Shown here piece after piece: positions 38,253-49,833 of a stretch of 64,000 nucleotides of DNA; position 1 is the stretch's first letter; each line of letters begins with the position of its first letter. The notes beneath the pieces are model-generated. The model was not told the DNA's origin. It did not search any database and was given only the letters and a program-made list of their open reading frames with translations. The stretch lies in NCBI GenBank assembly GCA_038208825.1, contig JBBQYI010000003.1, positions 1,390-65,389 of the forward strand, read 5' to 3'. This stretch comes from Sphingomonadales bacterium. Lineage in GTDB: Bacteria > Pseudomonadota > Alphaproteobacteria > Sphingomonadales > Sphingomonadaceae. Made by a program: the position numbers and the translations under genes.

Positions 38253-38684
38253 ATGAGCATGGATACCGAAACGTTGCAGCGGCCGCGCGATCTGCACGAA
38301 ACGCTAGGCATGGTGCGGGTTGTTGAAATGGCGGGTGGGCGCGCCAGGCTGGAATATCGGTGCGGGCTGCACATGTGCCATTCGGGCGGCGTGGCGCAGG
38401 GTGGTTTTGTCGCCGGCTGGATCGATGCCGCCATGGCCCATGCGGTGATTTCCGAACATGGCGCCGGCATCGTGCCGATGACATTGGAGATGAAGACCAG
38501 TTATTTCGCGCCGGCGATGCCGGGGGTGGTGACTGCCGAAGGCTGGATCGAGCGGGGCGGCGGCCGAACGATCTTTACCGAAGGACGGTTGCTGGATGCC
38601 GCCGGACGCGTGCTGGCCAAGGCGACATCGACGATCCGGCTGGTCGATGGCGGCAAGGTGGCGGCCAAGGTTGCTGCTGGTTGA
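38253..38684 (+). CDS. PaaI-family thioesterase
   Basis: GGVAQGGFVAGWIDAAMA and TLEMKTSYFAP hotdog-fold motifs. Confidence 0.85.
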   Translation: MSMDTETLQRPRDLHETLGMVRVVEMAGGRARLEYRCGLHMCHSGGVAQGGFVAGWIDAAMAHAVISEHGAGIVPMTLEMKTSYFAPAMPGVVTAEGWIERGGGRTIFTEGRLLDAAGRVLAKATSTIRLVDGGKVAAKVAAG

Positions 38685-38717
38685 ATTGTTTGAACAACTT
38701 ACTGGAGGGTTCGCGAC

Positions 38718-39191
38718 ATGACCGAGATGACGATGCAGGACTATGCGGCGATGATCGGCAGCGAGATCGGCGTTTCGCGCTGGTTCACGCTCGATCAGGC
38801 GCGGATCAACAGTTTTGCCGATGTGACGGAGGATTGGCAGTATATCCATGTCGATCCCGTGAAGGCCGCAGCGACGCCCTTTGGCGGCACCATCGCGCAT
38901 GGGTTCCTCACCCTGTCGATGCTGGCGGCGATGGCCTATGATGGGCTGCCGACAATTACTGGCCGGGTGATGGGGGTGAATTACGGGTTCGACAAGATCC
39001 GTTTCATGGCGCCGGTGCACGCCGGCGGCAAGGTGCGGGCGCGGTTCAAGCTGCTCGCCGTGACGGAGCGCAACCCCCGGGAATTCCAGACGCGGTCGGA
39101 AGTGATGGTGGAGATCGAGGGCGCCACCAAGCCGGCGATCATGGCCGAATGGCTGGGGCTGGCCTATTTCGCGGAGGCGGTGGCGCTTTAA
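38718..39191 (+). CDS. MaoC-family dehydratase
   Basis: FADVTEDWQYIHVDP, TIAHGFLTLS and NYGFDKIRF. Confidence 0.92.
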   Translation: MTEMTMQDYAAMIGSEIGVSRWFTLDQARINSFADVTEDWQYIHVDPVKAAATPFGGTIAHGFLTLSMLAAMAYDGLPTITGRVMGVNYGFDKIRFMAPVHAGGKVRARFKLLAVTERNPREFQTRSEVMVEIEGATKPAIMAEWLGLAYFAEAVAL

Positions 39192-39257
39192 GAGGCGGCG
39201 CGGCATTGACGTTTGTCGGCCGCCGCGACGGCGGGTGTCCCGCATCGAAGCGTTGGA

Positions 39258-39316
39258 ACACCCTCACCCGGGCCGGCTTCGCCGTCTCTCGGCCTCTCCC
39301 GCAGGCGGGAGAGGGG
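39258..39316. repeat. Single-arm copy of the palindromic intergenic repeat at 26631-26793
   Basis: ACACCCTCACCCGGGCCGGCTTCGCCGTCTCTCGGCCTCTCCCGCAGGCGGGAGAGGGG is nearly identical to the reverse complement of 26633-26690. Lies between convergent genes. Confidence 0.88.
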
Positions 39317-39337
39317 GGGGGCGTTGCAGCTTTGGCC

Positions 39338-40717
39338 TCAGGCCGCCACGGCCGGGCGCGACTCCCGTTCGGCCTTCAGCGCTTCGGCGATCAGGAAGGC
39401 GAGTTCCAGGCTTTGGCTGGCGTTGAGGCGCGGGTCGCACTGGGTCTGGTAACGGTCGGCCAGGCCTTCATCGGTGATGGCGATGGCGCCGCCGGTGCAT
39501 TCCGTCACGTCCTGCCCGGTCATTTCGATATGGATGCCGCCGGCATGGGTGCCTTCGGCGCGGTGCACGGCAAACACACTTTTGACTTCGGCGAGGATGC
39601 GGTCGAACGGCCGGGTTTTCAGGCCGCCAGCGGCCTTTACCGTGTTGCCGTGCATCGGATCGCACGACCAGATGACGCGGCGGCCTTCCTTTTGCACGGC
39701 GCGGATCAGGCAGGGCAGATGCGCCTCCACCTTGTCATGGCCGAAGCGGGTGATCAGCGTCAGCCGGCCGGGGATATTGCCGGGGTTTAGCGTGTCGATC
39801 AGGCGGAGCAGGTCGTCGGGCTCCGTCGTCGGCCCGCATTTGAGGCCCAATGGATTGCCGACGCCGCGCAGGAACTCGACATGCGCCGATCCGGGGAAGC
39901 GGGTGCGATCGCCGATCCACAGCATGTGCGCGCTGGTGTCGTACCAGTCCCCGGTGAGTGAATCCTGCCGGGTCATCGCCTGTTCGTACCCGAGCAGCAG
40001 CGCTTCATGGCTGGTGAAGAAGCTGGTGCCCTTCAGTTGCGGCACGGTTTCGGGGCTGATGCCGCAGGCGGCCATGAAGTCCAAAGCCTCACCGATGCGA
40101 TCGGCGAGTGCCTTATATTGTTCGGACCACAGCGAGCGCCCGGTAAAATCCAGGTTCCATTTATGCACCTGGTGCAAATTGGCATAACCGCCGCTGGCAA
40201 AGGCGCGCAGCAGGTTCAGCGTCGCCGCCGCGTGCATGTAGCCGGTGCGCATGCGTTCCGGATCGGGGGTGCGGGCTTTTTCGGTGAAGGCGATGTCGTT
40301 GACATTGTCACCGCGATAGCTGGGCAGCGAGACGCCGTCGATTTCCTCGAAATCGCCGGAACGCGGCTTGGCGAATTGCCCGGCCATGCGGCCGACCTTC
40401 ACCACCGGCATCTTGGAGGCGAAGGTGAGGACGACCGCCATCTGCAGCAGCACGCGGAAGGTGTCGCGGATGTTGTTGGGGTGGAAATCGGCGAAGCTTT
40501 CGGCGCAGTCGCCGCCTTGCAACAGGAACGCCTTGCCGGCCTCGACATCGGCGAGTTGCGCGGTCAAATCCCGGGCTTCGCCGGCAAATACCAGCGGCGG
40601 GTAGGATTTCAGTTCGGCTTCCACAGCAGCGAGCGCCGCGGCATCGGGGTAGGTCGGAAGCTGGCGGGCTTCGTGTGCGCGCCAGCTATAGGCGCTCCAA
40701 GCGTTAGTTTTGATCAT
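39338..40717 (-). CDS. Class II 3-deoxy-7-phosphoheptulonate (DAHP) synthase
   Basis: [39 protein letters not shown] and CDPRLNASQ. Confidence 0.96.
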   Translation of the reverse strand: MIKTNAWSAYSWRAHEARQLPTYPDAAALAAVEAELKSYPPLVFAGEARDLTAQLADVEAGKAFLLQGGDCAESFADFHPNNIRDTFRVLLQMAVVLTFASKMPVVKVGRMAGQFAKPRSGDFEEIDGVSLPSYRGDNVNDIAFTEKARTPDPERMRTGYMHAAATLNLLRAFASGGYANLHQVHKWNLDFTGRSLWSEQYKALADRIGEALDFMAACGISPETVPQLKGTSFFTSHEALLLGYEQAMTRQDSLTGDWYDTSAHMLWIGDRTRFPGSAHVEFLRGVGNPLGLKCGPTTEPDDLLRLIDTLNPGNIPGRLTLITRFGHDKVEAHLPCLIRAVQKEGRRVIWSCDPMHGNTVKAAGGLKTRPFDRILAEVKSVFAVHRAEGTHAGGIHIEMTGQDVTECTGGAIAITDEGLADRYQTQCDPRLNASQSLELAFLIAEALKAERESRPAVAA

Positions 40718-40776
40718 GGCGGGGGTGCTTTGCGTCGATTGGCGCCGGGGTGCAAGCCCTTCGGCGCCCCGGCCTG

Positions 40777-42159
40777 TCAGCCAGAGGCGATCCAGTTACC
40801 GTGAAAGCCCAGTGGCACGCGCTGTGGCAGGGCGACGCTGGCGACCGGTGCGGCGGTGATATCGCGTGCATCGAGCAGCACGAGATCGGTGCCGTTGCGC
40901 TTGATGTCGACGACGAGACCCATCAGCCAGCCATCATCTTCGACGGCGTCGGGGCCGCGCGGCACGAACACGAATTCACCGGGGATGCAGCCGGGGCCGA
41001 AATCATGGGTGGTGCGGGTGCCGGTTTCGAGGTCATGCTTGATGACGCCCGACAGCGCGCCGGGGGCGGCGGGGCGGCCATCGCCCAATGTGATGGTATA
41101 GGCGTAACGATAGGGCTTGCCGGTCAACCGTTCGTCGAGGCGCGGAAATTCCTGGGGTAGGGCATCGATGACGCGGCGATCGACGCTGTGCGTGGCCGGG
41201 TCGCAGGTCCAGCGTTCGAAGGTGACGATGGTGGAATCGGGGCCGCTGGTGTTGTCGCTGGCAAATACCTTGTCGTGTGCCGACAGATCGATGACGACGC
41301 GGCCATCGGGCAGATCATAGGCATTGCACGGGTGGAACACCTGCGCCGGATCGACGTTGCACCAGATGATGTCATCGGCGCCGCCGTCGCGCGGCAACAG
41401 GCCGACGCGGGCCGGGTGATCGGGGTTCCAGCGATACGGAAAGCCATTGCCGGCGCGGGCGGCGGCCATGGAGAAGGTGACCGGCAGATCGAGGATGATG
41501 ACGAAGCGGGCCGTAATGGCGCAATCATGGATCATCGGGCCATCGGCGATGGGGATGGCGACTTCCTTCCTCACATGGCCATCGGTGCCGACGACGACAT
41601 AACGGATGCGTTCACGGTTGCCGCCATCATAACAGATGGCGTGGAGTTCGCCGGTTTCCGGGTCACGGTGCGGGTGGGCGGTAAAGCCGCCAAGGCGCAA
41701 CGTGCCATCCAGATTGCTGTGCGCCGTGGTGCCGAGCAGCGTATCGAGTTCGACGGGCAGCCCGCCGGCTTCGACCATCGCCAGGATCTTGCCGGCATGG
41801 CCGATGACATTGGTGTTGACGGTATCAGTGCGCTCGTTGCGCGGGCCGGGGGCGGGGGCCTCGCCAAGCGCCTGGCTGACGCGGGTGGAACGGACATAGC
41901 GGTTGCGATACCATTCGGCCTTGCCGGCGTGGAGGCGGACGCCGTGGACCATGCCGTCGCCGGCGAACCAATGGTAGAAACGCGGATCGGGCGGGGTGAC
42001 CGGGTTCGGCCCGATACGGACATAGGTGCCGGAAAGCGTTGCTGGCAGGGCGCCGGTGACCGGCAGGGATTCCACCGTCAGTTCATCGGCCACCGGGGCA
42101 TAGGGGCCAGCGAGGAACGGGTTGAACTCGGTTTTGGCGCGTGTGGCCATGGCTTGCAT
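40777..42159 (-). CDS. Carotenoid oxygenase / RPE65 family dioxygenase
   Basis: [34 protein letters not shown] and [10 protein letters not shown]. Confidence 0.92.
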   Translation of the reverse strand: MQAMATRAKTEFNPFLAGPYAPVADELTVESLPVTGALPATLSGTYVRIGPNPVTPPDPRFYHWFAGDGMVHGVRLHAGKAEWYRNRYVRSTRVSQALGEAPAPGPRNERTDTVNTNVIGHAGKILAMVEAGGLPVELDTLLGTTAHSNLDGTLRLGGFTAHPHRDPETGELHAICYDGGNRERIRYVVVGTDGHVRKEVAIPIADGPMIHDCAITARFVIILDLPVTFSMAAARAGNGFPYRWNPDHPARVGLLPRDGGADDIIWCNVDPAQVFHPCNAYDLPDGRVVIDLSAHDKVFASDNTSGPDSTIVTFERWTCDPATHSVDRRVIDALPQEFPRLDERLTGKPYRYAYTITLGDGRPAAPGALSGVIKHDLETGTRTTHDFGPGCIPGEFVFVPRGPDAVEDDGWLMGLVVDIKRNGTDLVLLDARDITAAPVASVALPQRVPLGFHGNWIASG

Positions 42160-42235
42160 CCCCAGCGGCTATTGCCAGCAAAGGGTGTCCCCATGATGCT
42201 GCAAGGTCAACCGCAATTTGGTGGCGGCGCTGCGG

Positions 42236-43579
<1,344 letters not shown>

Positions 43580-43680
43580 GATCAATTTTTCCCGTGCGGC
43601 GGCGGACGCGGAGGCCGCAGCGTTTGGTGCTGTCGCCGAGATAGGCGGCGGGCAGGGAAAGACCAATTGATTTGTGTTCT

Positions 43681-43724
43681 GGGCGCGATCGATTTTGCGC
43701 ATGATGGCAAAATCGATCGCGCCC
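43681..43724. other. Perfect 18-bp inverted repeat (8-nt loop) between sppA and gor
   Basis: GGGCGCGATCGATTTTGC-gcatgatg-GCAAAATCGATCGCGCCC. Confidence 0.8.
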
Positions 43725-43752
43725 GGTGCGCCAATACGGGCTGATTCGCGCG

Positions 43753-45678
43753 CTATTTGGTGAGCAGCGCCAGCTTGCCCAGCCAGCCGGCACCATCACG
43801 GGCCGCCGCCGTGCGCGGACTGCCCAAGGTGCTGCATTCGAGGCAGGCGGCCTGCATGGTCGGGCCGCTGGCCATTGCCTGCAGATCACCGATGGCGGCG
43901 AGCAGGCGCATCCGGGACGCGGCGGCGATCTTGGCAAAAGGATCGCGGGAGGCGCCGAATGCTGCACCGGCATGCGCCTGGTCGGCCTGGTCTTGATCCT
44001 CCCCGGCGCCCATCAGCCCTTCGAGAATGGCGACGACCTGCGATTGTGGCTTTTCGATATCGATGGTGCGGATGTCGCCCTTCAGCCCGGCACGTCTGGC
44101 GGCTTCGGCGACGGCGACATCGAGACCGCCCATGCCGTCGACGAGTTTCAGGCCGAGCGCGGTTTCGCCGGCCCAGACCCGGCCCTGGCCAACCTTGTCG
44201 ACATCGGCGACCGGAAGCTTGCGGGCGACAGCGACGATGCTGGTGAAGCGGCGGTAGATGTCCTCGACGGAGCTTTGCAGGATGACCTTGGTTTCGGGTG
44301 AAAGCCCGCGCAGCACATCGGGTTCGCCGGAATAGGGGGTGGATTTCACGCCATCGACGCCAACGCCATATTCGGCGAGCGTGCGGTTGAAGCTGGGGAT
44401 GATGGCGAATACGCCGATGGAGCCGGTGATGGTGGAAGGCTGCGCATAAATGGCATCGGCAGCGGTGCCGACCCAATACCCGCCCGACGCCGCGACCGGG
44501 CCGAACGATGCGACAACCGGCAGCCCGGCCTTTTTGGCGTCGAGCAGCGCCTGGCGGATCTGTTCCGATGCGAGGACGGAACCGCCACCGGAATCGACGC
44601 GGACCACCAGCGCCTTGATATCGTCATTGTCCGCAATCGCCTTTGCCACGGCGCGGGCGATGGTGTCGCCGCCGGCGGTGCCGCGCGGGGCCTCGCCATC
44701 GACGATGTTGCCGGTGACATAGACGACGCCCACCGCCGGGCCGCTCTCGGGCACCAGCGATTTGTTGGCCGAGATATAGGTATTGAGCGAAACGCCCTTG
44801 TAGGTGCCGAACGAGCGTTGATCGCCGCTGCCGACCTGCTTTACCATTGCGGCGTCGAAATCACTGCGGGTGCCGATCACGTCGACCAATCCGGCTTGTT
44901 GCGCGGCCTTGGCCTGGTCACCACCGGCGGCGCCGAGGCGTTGCGGCAATTGCGCGATAAAGGCGCTGACGCCGGCGGCGGGCCGTGCCGTATGGACGTC
45001 GGCAAGCCAGGTTTTCCACAGGCTGTCGACGAGCGCCTGGTTGGCGGCGCGGGCTTCGGGTGAGCTTTCGGTGCGGGTGAATGGTTCGACGGCGGCCTTG
45101 TAGGTGCCGACGCGGAAGACGTTCACATCGATATCGAATTTGTCGAGAAGCTTCTTGAAATAAAGGTTGGCACCACCGGGGCCGGTGAGCAGAACGCCGC
45201 CAAGCGGGTTGACCCAGACCTTGTTGGCCTGTGCCGCGAGATAATAGCCATCGTCGGTATAGGCGGTGGCATAGGCGTAGATCGGCTTGCCTTCCTGCCG
45301 GAACCTTTGCAGCGCCGTAGCGATGGATTGCAGATTGGCTTCACCGGCGCCGACGAAGGTATCGAGATCAAGGACAATGTTTTTGATTCGGCTGTCCTTG
45401 CGCGCCTGGTCGATGGCGCCGAGGATGTCGCGCATTTCGGTCTGGCTGCCGATGTCGCTGCCGCTGGCGAGCTGGAACGGGGAAGTTTCCGCCGCCTGGT
45501 CGACGATGCCGCCATCAAGGTTGAGCACCAGAGCGCTGCCATCGGGGACTTTAAGCGGGGCACGACCGCTCAGCGCGCTCCACAATCCGACGAAGAACAG
45601 GGTGAGCAGCAGAAGGACGAGCAGATCCTTGACGCCGACAAGGAAGCGCCAAGAGTAGCGAACAAAGGTCACGGGCAA
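43753..45678 (-). CDS. sppA: Signal peptide peptidase SppA (67-kDa type)
   Basis: RVGTYKAAVEPF, RVDSGGGS, AASGGYW, TITGSIGV and GRVWAG. Confidence 0.93.
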   Translation of the reverse strand: MPVTFVRYSWRFLVGVKDLLVLLLLTLFFVGLWSALSGRAPLKVPDGSALVLNLDGGIVDQAAETSPFQLASGSDIGSQTEMRDILGAIDQARKDSRIKNIVLDLDTFVGAGEANLQSIATALQRFRQEGKPIYAYATAYTDDGYYLAAQANKVWVNPLGGVLLTGPGGANLYFKKLLDKFDIDVNVFRVGTYKAAVEPFTRTESSPEARAANQALVDSLWKTWLADVHTARPAAGVSAFIAQLPQRLGAAGGDQAKAAQQAGLVDVIGTRSDFDAAMVKQVGSGDQRSFGTYKGVSLNTYISANKSLVPESGPAVGVVYVTGNIVDGEAPRGTAGGDTIARAVAKAIADNDDIKALVVRVDSGGGSVLASEQIRQALLDAKKAGLPVVASFGPVAASGGYWVGTAADAIYAQPSTITGSIGVFAIIPSFNRTLAEYGVGVDGVKSTPYSGEPDVLRGLSPETKVILQSSVEDIYRRFTSIVAVARKLPVADVDKVGQGRVWAGETALGLKLVDGMGGLDVAVAEAARRAGLKGDIRTIDIEKPQSQVVAILEGLMGAGEDQDQADQAHAGAAFGASRDPFAKIAAASRMRLLAAIGDLQAMASGPTMQAACLECSTLGSPRTAAARDGAGWLGKLALLTK

Positions 45679-45901
45679 GCCTTTTGGAGGTGCATGAAGC
45701 TGATATAGGGGTTGATCCCATGTCGCCGCAACTGCACCGGCGATTCAGGTGGTCATCTGACGCAGGGGCAACGGCGGCATTTGGGGCAGCTTATCGGGGC
45801 GGGGCGGTTTGCGGCGCCGCGCCGGGCAGGCAGACGTGCATCGCCGACCGCAACGCCATTGGAGGTGCGTTGGCCAATCTGCCTTTCGGTTCAGGCGGTT
45901 T

Positions 45902-46714
45902 TCAATAGACCCGGAAGCGGGCGCGGCAGCCGCCGTTCACCCAGATCGAATTGCGATCCCAGCCCCACGTGCGGCCCTGGGTGCAATCACCGCCCTCCAC
46001 CTTTTCGATCGAGACGCCGCCGCGAATTACCGCCGCGCAACGGGCCGGCTTGTAATCCCAGCTTTCGCATTTGACGATGGTGGAATAGCCATCATTGCCG
46101 GGTCCGCCACCACCCCGATAGCCATCGTTGCGGTATCCGTCGCCGCTGTAACGATTGCCCCAGCCGCTGCTGACCGCGAATTCGGCACGGCAGCCGCCGT
46201 TCACCCATATGCCATTGTTGTCCCAGCCCCAGGTGGCGCCCTGCCGGCAATCGCCGGCGATGACCCGTTGGATACGGACATTGCCACGTGCATTCACCGC
46301 GCAACGGGCGGGGCGGTAGTTCCAGCTTTCGCATTTGACGATCGATTCATAGCCGCCGTGCCTGCCGCCACCATAGCCGGGACGGCCATCGCCATAGCCG
46401 GGACGGCCATCACCATAGCCGGGACGGCCATCGCCATAGCGACCGGTCTGATATTCGAACATGGCGCGGCAGCCGTTGCGGACGTCGACCCCGTTGCGGC
46501 CAAGGTTCCAGTTGCCCGGCTGGCAATCACCGGCGATGACGCGGAGCAGCCGTATGCCGCTTACGTCGGGTATCGGGCAGGAGGCGGGGCGATAGTCCCA
46601 ACTTTCGCATTTGATGGTGCCATCGGCCTGGCCGCGAAACTGGGCACTGGCGGGGGCGGTGAAGCCGAGTGTTGCCGACAGTGCGAAGAACGCCATCACG
46701 ATCAACTTGCGCAT
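45902..46714 (-). CDS. Secreted protein with three DUF3011-like Cys-rich domains and Gly/Tyr-rich linkers
   Basis: Signal peptide and three copies of KCESWxYxPAxC...DC...W...VxxGCRAxF. Confidence 0.8.
   Translation of the reverse strand: MRKLIVMAFFALSATLGFTAPASAQFRGQADGTIKCESWDYRPASCPIPDVSGIRLLRVIAGDCQPGNWNLGRNGVDVRNGCRAMFEYQTGRYGDGRPGYGDGRPGYGDGRPGYGGGRHGGYESIVKCESWNYRPARCAVNARGNVRIQRVIAGDCRQGATWGWDNNGIWVNGGCRAEFAVSSGWGNRYSGDGYRNDGYRGGGGPGNDGYSTIVKCESWDYKPARCAAVIRGGVSIEKVEGGDCTQGRTWGWDRNSIWVNGGCRARFRVY
46371..46440 (-). repeat. 21-bp coding tandem repeat, about 3.3 copies (YGDGRPG)
   Basis: CCATAGCCGGGACGGCCATCR at 46371, 46392 and 46413, plus a partial copy at 46434. Confidence 0.9.
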
Positions 46715-46867
46715 GGAGATACTCCCCAGAAAGCCTTGCCGCTTTGTAGTTGAAGTTATGCACGATTGCGGCGACGTGTCGAGACATTGGTATTGGCGTG
46801 CAATGATGCCGAATCATCGGTGGGGATGCCGTGGGGGGCTTGCCGCACGACGGCAGCAGATCGGGGT

Positions 46868-47725
46868 TCAACCCAGCCGGATTCCCGCGGCACCGGCGGT
46901 TTCAACGGTGAATTGCCAGGCAACACGCCCCGAACGGGCGCCGCGGCCCGCCGCCCAGGTTAGCGCCGCCGCCGGATCGAAGGCGAGGCAATGGGCGCGG
47001 GCGTAATTGGCGCAGATTGCCAGATATGTCGGCTGATCACAGGCATGAAAGCCAAGCCGCAGCCCGAAACGGTCGGCGAGCGCCAGCCTGTCATCGGCTG
47101 CATCGCGCGGATTGGCATCGGCGCCATCATCGTCCGCGATGCGATGCGGCACCAGATTGCGGCGGTTGGAGGTGACGGCGAGGCGGAGATGATCGGGCCG
47201 GGCCATGACGCCGCCATCCAGCAGCGAGCGCAGCGCGTGCATGTTGGCGGCGGCAGCGCCGGCTTCGCCATCCAGCGACAGGTCATCGAGGAAGATGGTG
47301 AAGCGGCGGTTGATGCGGGCAAGCGCGGTGAACAACGTCGGCAGGCTGTCGAGATCGGGCTGGGCGATCTGCACCAGCGCGATATCATGGCCGGCATCGA
47401 TGAGCGCCGCATGGACGGCGCGGACCAGCGAGCTTTTGCCCATGCCGCGCGAACCCCAGAGCAGCACGTCATGTGCAGGCAGGCCGGCGGCATGGCGGCG
47501 GCTGTTTTCGAACAGGGTGGCTTTTTGCGCGTCGACCCCTGCGTACAGCGCCAGCGGGGTCGTGCGCGGGGCCGGCACGCCGGCAAGGCCCTGGCCATTC
47601 CAGACATACCAGTGGCAAGTGGCCGGATCGGCGGCGACGGGTGGCGGCGCGATCCGGTCGAGCGCGGCGGCGATGCGGGCGAGGCTGTGTTGCGGATCGG
47701 AATCGGTGGCGGGGTGATCGGTCAT
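46868..47725 (-). CDS. DUF815-family AAA+ ATPase
   Basis: LLWGSRGMGKSS Walker A, FLDDLS, TSNRRNL, LADRFGL and RSGRVAWQF. Confidence 0.88.
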   Translation of the reverse strand: MTDHPATDSDPQHSLARIAAALDRIAPPPVAADPATCHWYVWNGQGLAGVPAPRTTPLALYAGVDAQKATLFENSRRHAAGLPAHDVLLWGSRGMGKSSLVRAVHAALIDAGHDIALVQIAQPDLDSLPTLFTALARINRRFTIFLDDLSLDGEAGAAAANMHALRSLLDGGVMARPDHLRLAVTSNRRNLVPHRIADDDGADANPRDAADDRLALADRFGLRLGFHACDQPTYLAICANYARAHCLAFDPAAALTWAAGRGARSGRVAWQFTVETAGAAGIRLG

Positions 47726-47866
47726 CGGATTTCCATAGCGGCAGCGGCGGCACTTGGCACCTGCCATGGTGCAGGCGGCGCTTTTGCCCACAGGCGTTGC
47801 GTGTCTGCGCCCGACAAGCTAGAGCCGCGCATCCGTCCGAAACCGGACCCGAGAAAGCGCCCTTTG

Positions 47867-48223
47867 ATGTTTGCATCCCCCGCCTTTGCCCAGGCCGCGT
47901 CTGGCGCCGGCGCCGGTACAGGTACCGCCGGCCTGATCGCCTTTGTGCCCTATCTGGCGATTTTCGCGATTTTCTACTTCCTGATGATCCGGCCGCAGCA
48001 ACAGCGGGCCAAGGCGCATCGCATGCTGATCGACGCTGTCAAAAAGGGCGACGAAGTTGTGACCGGCGGCGGGCTTATCGGCAAGGTGGTGCGGGTCATG
48101 GACGGCGAAGTCGAGGTTGAGCTCGCCCCGCAGGTGAAGGTGCGCGCGCTCAAATCGACACTGGGCGATGTGCGGGTTCGCGGTGTGGCGGTGGCGGCCA
48201 ACGACAGCGCCAAAGGGGCCTGA
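47867..48223 (+). CDS. yajC: Preprotein translocase subunit YajC
   Basis: FYFLMIRPQQQR...KGDEVVTGGGLIGKV, upstream of secD. Confidence 0.95.
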   Translation: MFASPAFAQAASGAGAGTGTAGLIAFVPYLAIFAIFYFLMIRPQQQRAKAHRMLIDAVKKGDEVVTGGGLIGKVVRVMDGEVEVELAPQVKVRALKSTLGDVRVRGVAVAANDSAKGA

Positions 48224-48228
48224 ACGCG

Positions 48229-49824
48229 GTGCTCGACTTTCCCACCTGGAAGATCTGGACGATCATCGTCACCATCCTGCTTGGCGTCGCCTATGCCTTG
48301 CCGAATTTCGTCAGCGAGCAGCAGGCGGCGAAGCTGCCATCCATTTTGCCGCACCAGCAATTGAGCCTGGGGCTCGATCTGCGCGGCGGTTCGCACCTGA
48401 TGCTGGAAGCCAGCACCGATGATGTGCGCAAGACCAAGCTGGAAACGCTGGAAGACACGGTGCGCAGCGAATTGCGCCAGGTTGATGGCGGCGCTGTCGT
48501 CTATACCGACATGTCGACGGCCAATGGCCAGTTGAGCTTCATTGTCAGCGATCCGACGCGGGTCGATGCGGCGCGCGCCGCGCTGGAAAAGGTGACGCGG
48601 CCGCTGTCCGGTCTGTCGGGCGCGCGTGAAGTTGAGGTTGCCGTCACCGATGGTAACAAGATCGTGATGACCGAGACCGATGCCGGCATCAACACCTCCA
48701 TCGACAATGCGATGGCGCAGGCCGTCGAAGTCATCCGCAAGCGTATCGACGAGCTTGGCACGCGGGAGCCCAGCATCGTGCGGCAGGGCACCAACCGCAT
48801 CGTCGTGCAGGTGCCGGGCCTGCAGGACCCATCAGCGCTGAAGGCGCTGCTGGGCAAGACGGCAAAGCTGGAATTCAAGCTGGTCGATGTCGGCGCCGAT
48901 CCCGCCGAGGCGGCGCAGGGACGCACACCGCCGGGCAGCCAGATACTGCCATTGCTTGAAGGCGGCACCATCGTCGTCAAGCGCCGCGCCATCATCACCG
49001 GCGACCAGTTGGTCGATTCGCAGGTTTCCAGCGATGACAATGGTGCGCCGGCGGTGAGTTTCCGCTTCGATTCAACGGGTGGCCGCCGCTTTGCCCAGGC
49101 AACGCAGGAAAACGTCGGCAAGCCCTTTGCAATCGTGCTTGATAACAAGGTGATTTCGGCACCGGTCATCAACGGGCCGATTTTGGGCGGTTCGGGCATC
49201 ATCCAGGGCAATTACACGACCGCCAGTGCCAATGATCTCGCCATCCTGCTGCGATCGGGCAAGCTGCCCGTCGAACTGAAGGTGGTCGAGGAACGCACGG
49301 TCGGGCCGGATCTGGGAGCGGATTCAATCCGTGCCGGGTCGATTGCGGCGGTGGTTGCGGTGGTCGCGGTATCGCTGCTGATGGTGCTCACCTATGGCCG
49401 CTTCGGCGTTTATGCTGTGCTGGCGCTGATCATCAACATCTTCCTGATTCTGGGTGTGATGTCGGCGGCGGGCTTCACGCTGACGCTGCCCGGCATCGCG
49501 GGGCTGGTGCTGACCATCGGTGCCGCGGTTGATGCGAATGTGCTGATCAACGAGCGTATCCGCGAGGAACGGCGCAAGGGCAGGGGGGTGATCGCCTCGG
49601 TAGAGGTTGGTTTCCGCGATGCGACGCGGACCATCTGGGACGCCAACAGCCTCAACATCATCGTCGCCATGATCATGTTCTCGTTCGGGTCGGGGCCGAT
49701 CAAGGGTTTTGCCGTGGTGCTGTCGATCGGCATCGCCACATCGGTTTTCACCGCCGTGACCGTGGTGCGGTTGATGGTTTCGCGCTGGCTCGCCAAGGCG
49801 CGGCCGGCGGCGCTGAGCATCTAG
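48229..49824 (+). CDS. secD: Protein translocase subunit SecD
   Basis: LGLDLRGGSHL, RIDELGTREP, VGPDLGADSI and AVDANVLINERIREE. Confidence 0.97.
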   Translation: MLDFPTWKIWTIIVTILLGVAYALPNFVSEQQAAKLPSILPHQQLSLGLDLRGGSHLMLEASTDDVRKTKLETLEDTVRSELRQVDGGAVVYTDMSTANGQLSFIVSDPTRVDAARAALEKVTRPLSGLSGAREVEVAVTDGNKIVMTETDAGINTSIDNAMAQAVEVIRKRIDELGTREPSIVRQGTNRIVVQVPGLQDPSALKALLGKTAKLEFKLVDVGADPAEAAQGRTPPGSQILPLLEGGTIVVKRRAIITGDQLVDSQVSSDDNGAPAVSFRFDSTGGRRFAQATQENVGKPFAIVLDNKVISAPVINGPILGGSGIIQGNYTTASANDLAILLRSGKLPVELKVVEERTVGPDLGADSIRAGSIAAVVAVVAVSLLMVLTYGRFGVYAVLALIINIFLILGVMSAAGFTLTLPGIAGLVLTIGAAVDANVLINERIREERRKGRGVIASVEVGFRDATRTIWDANSLNIIVAMIMFSFGSGPIKGFAVVLSIGIATSVFTAVTVVRLMVSRWLAKARPAALSI

Positions 49825-49833
49825 GACCCTGAC

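Noticed and set aside
45690-45900. Potentially structured intergenic region between the DUF3011-like gene and sppA
   Set aside because: The pairing is weak and expected at this GC content, and I recognised no ncRNA family motif.
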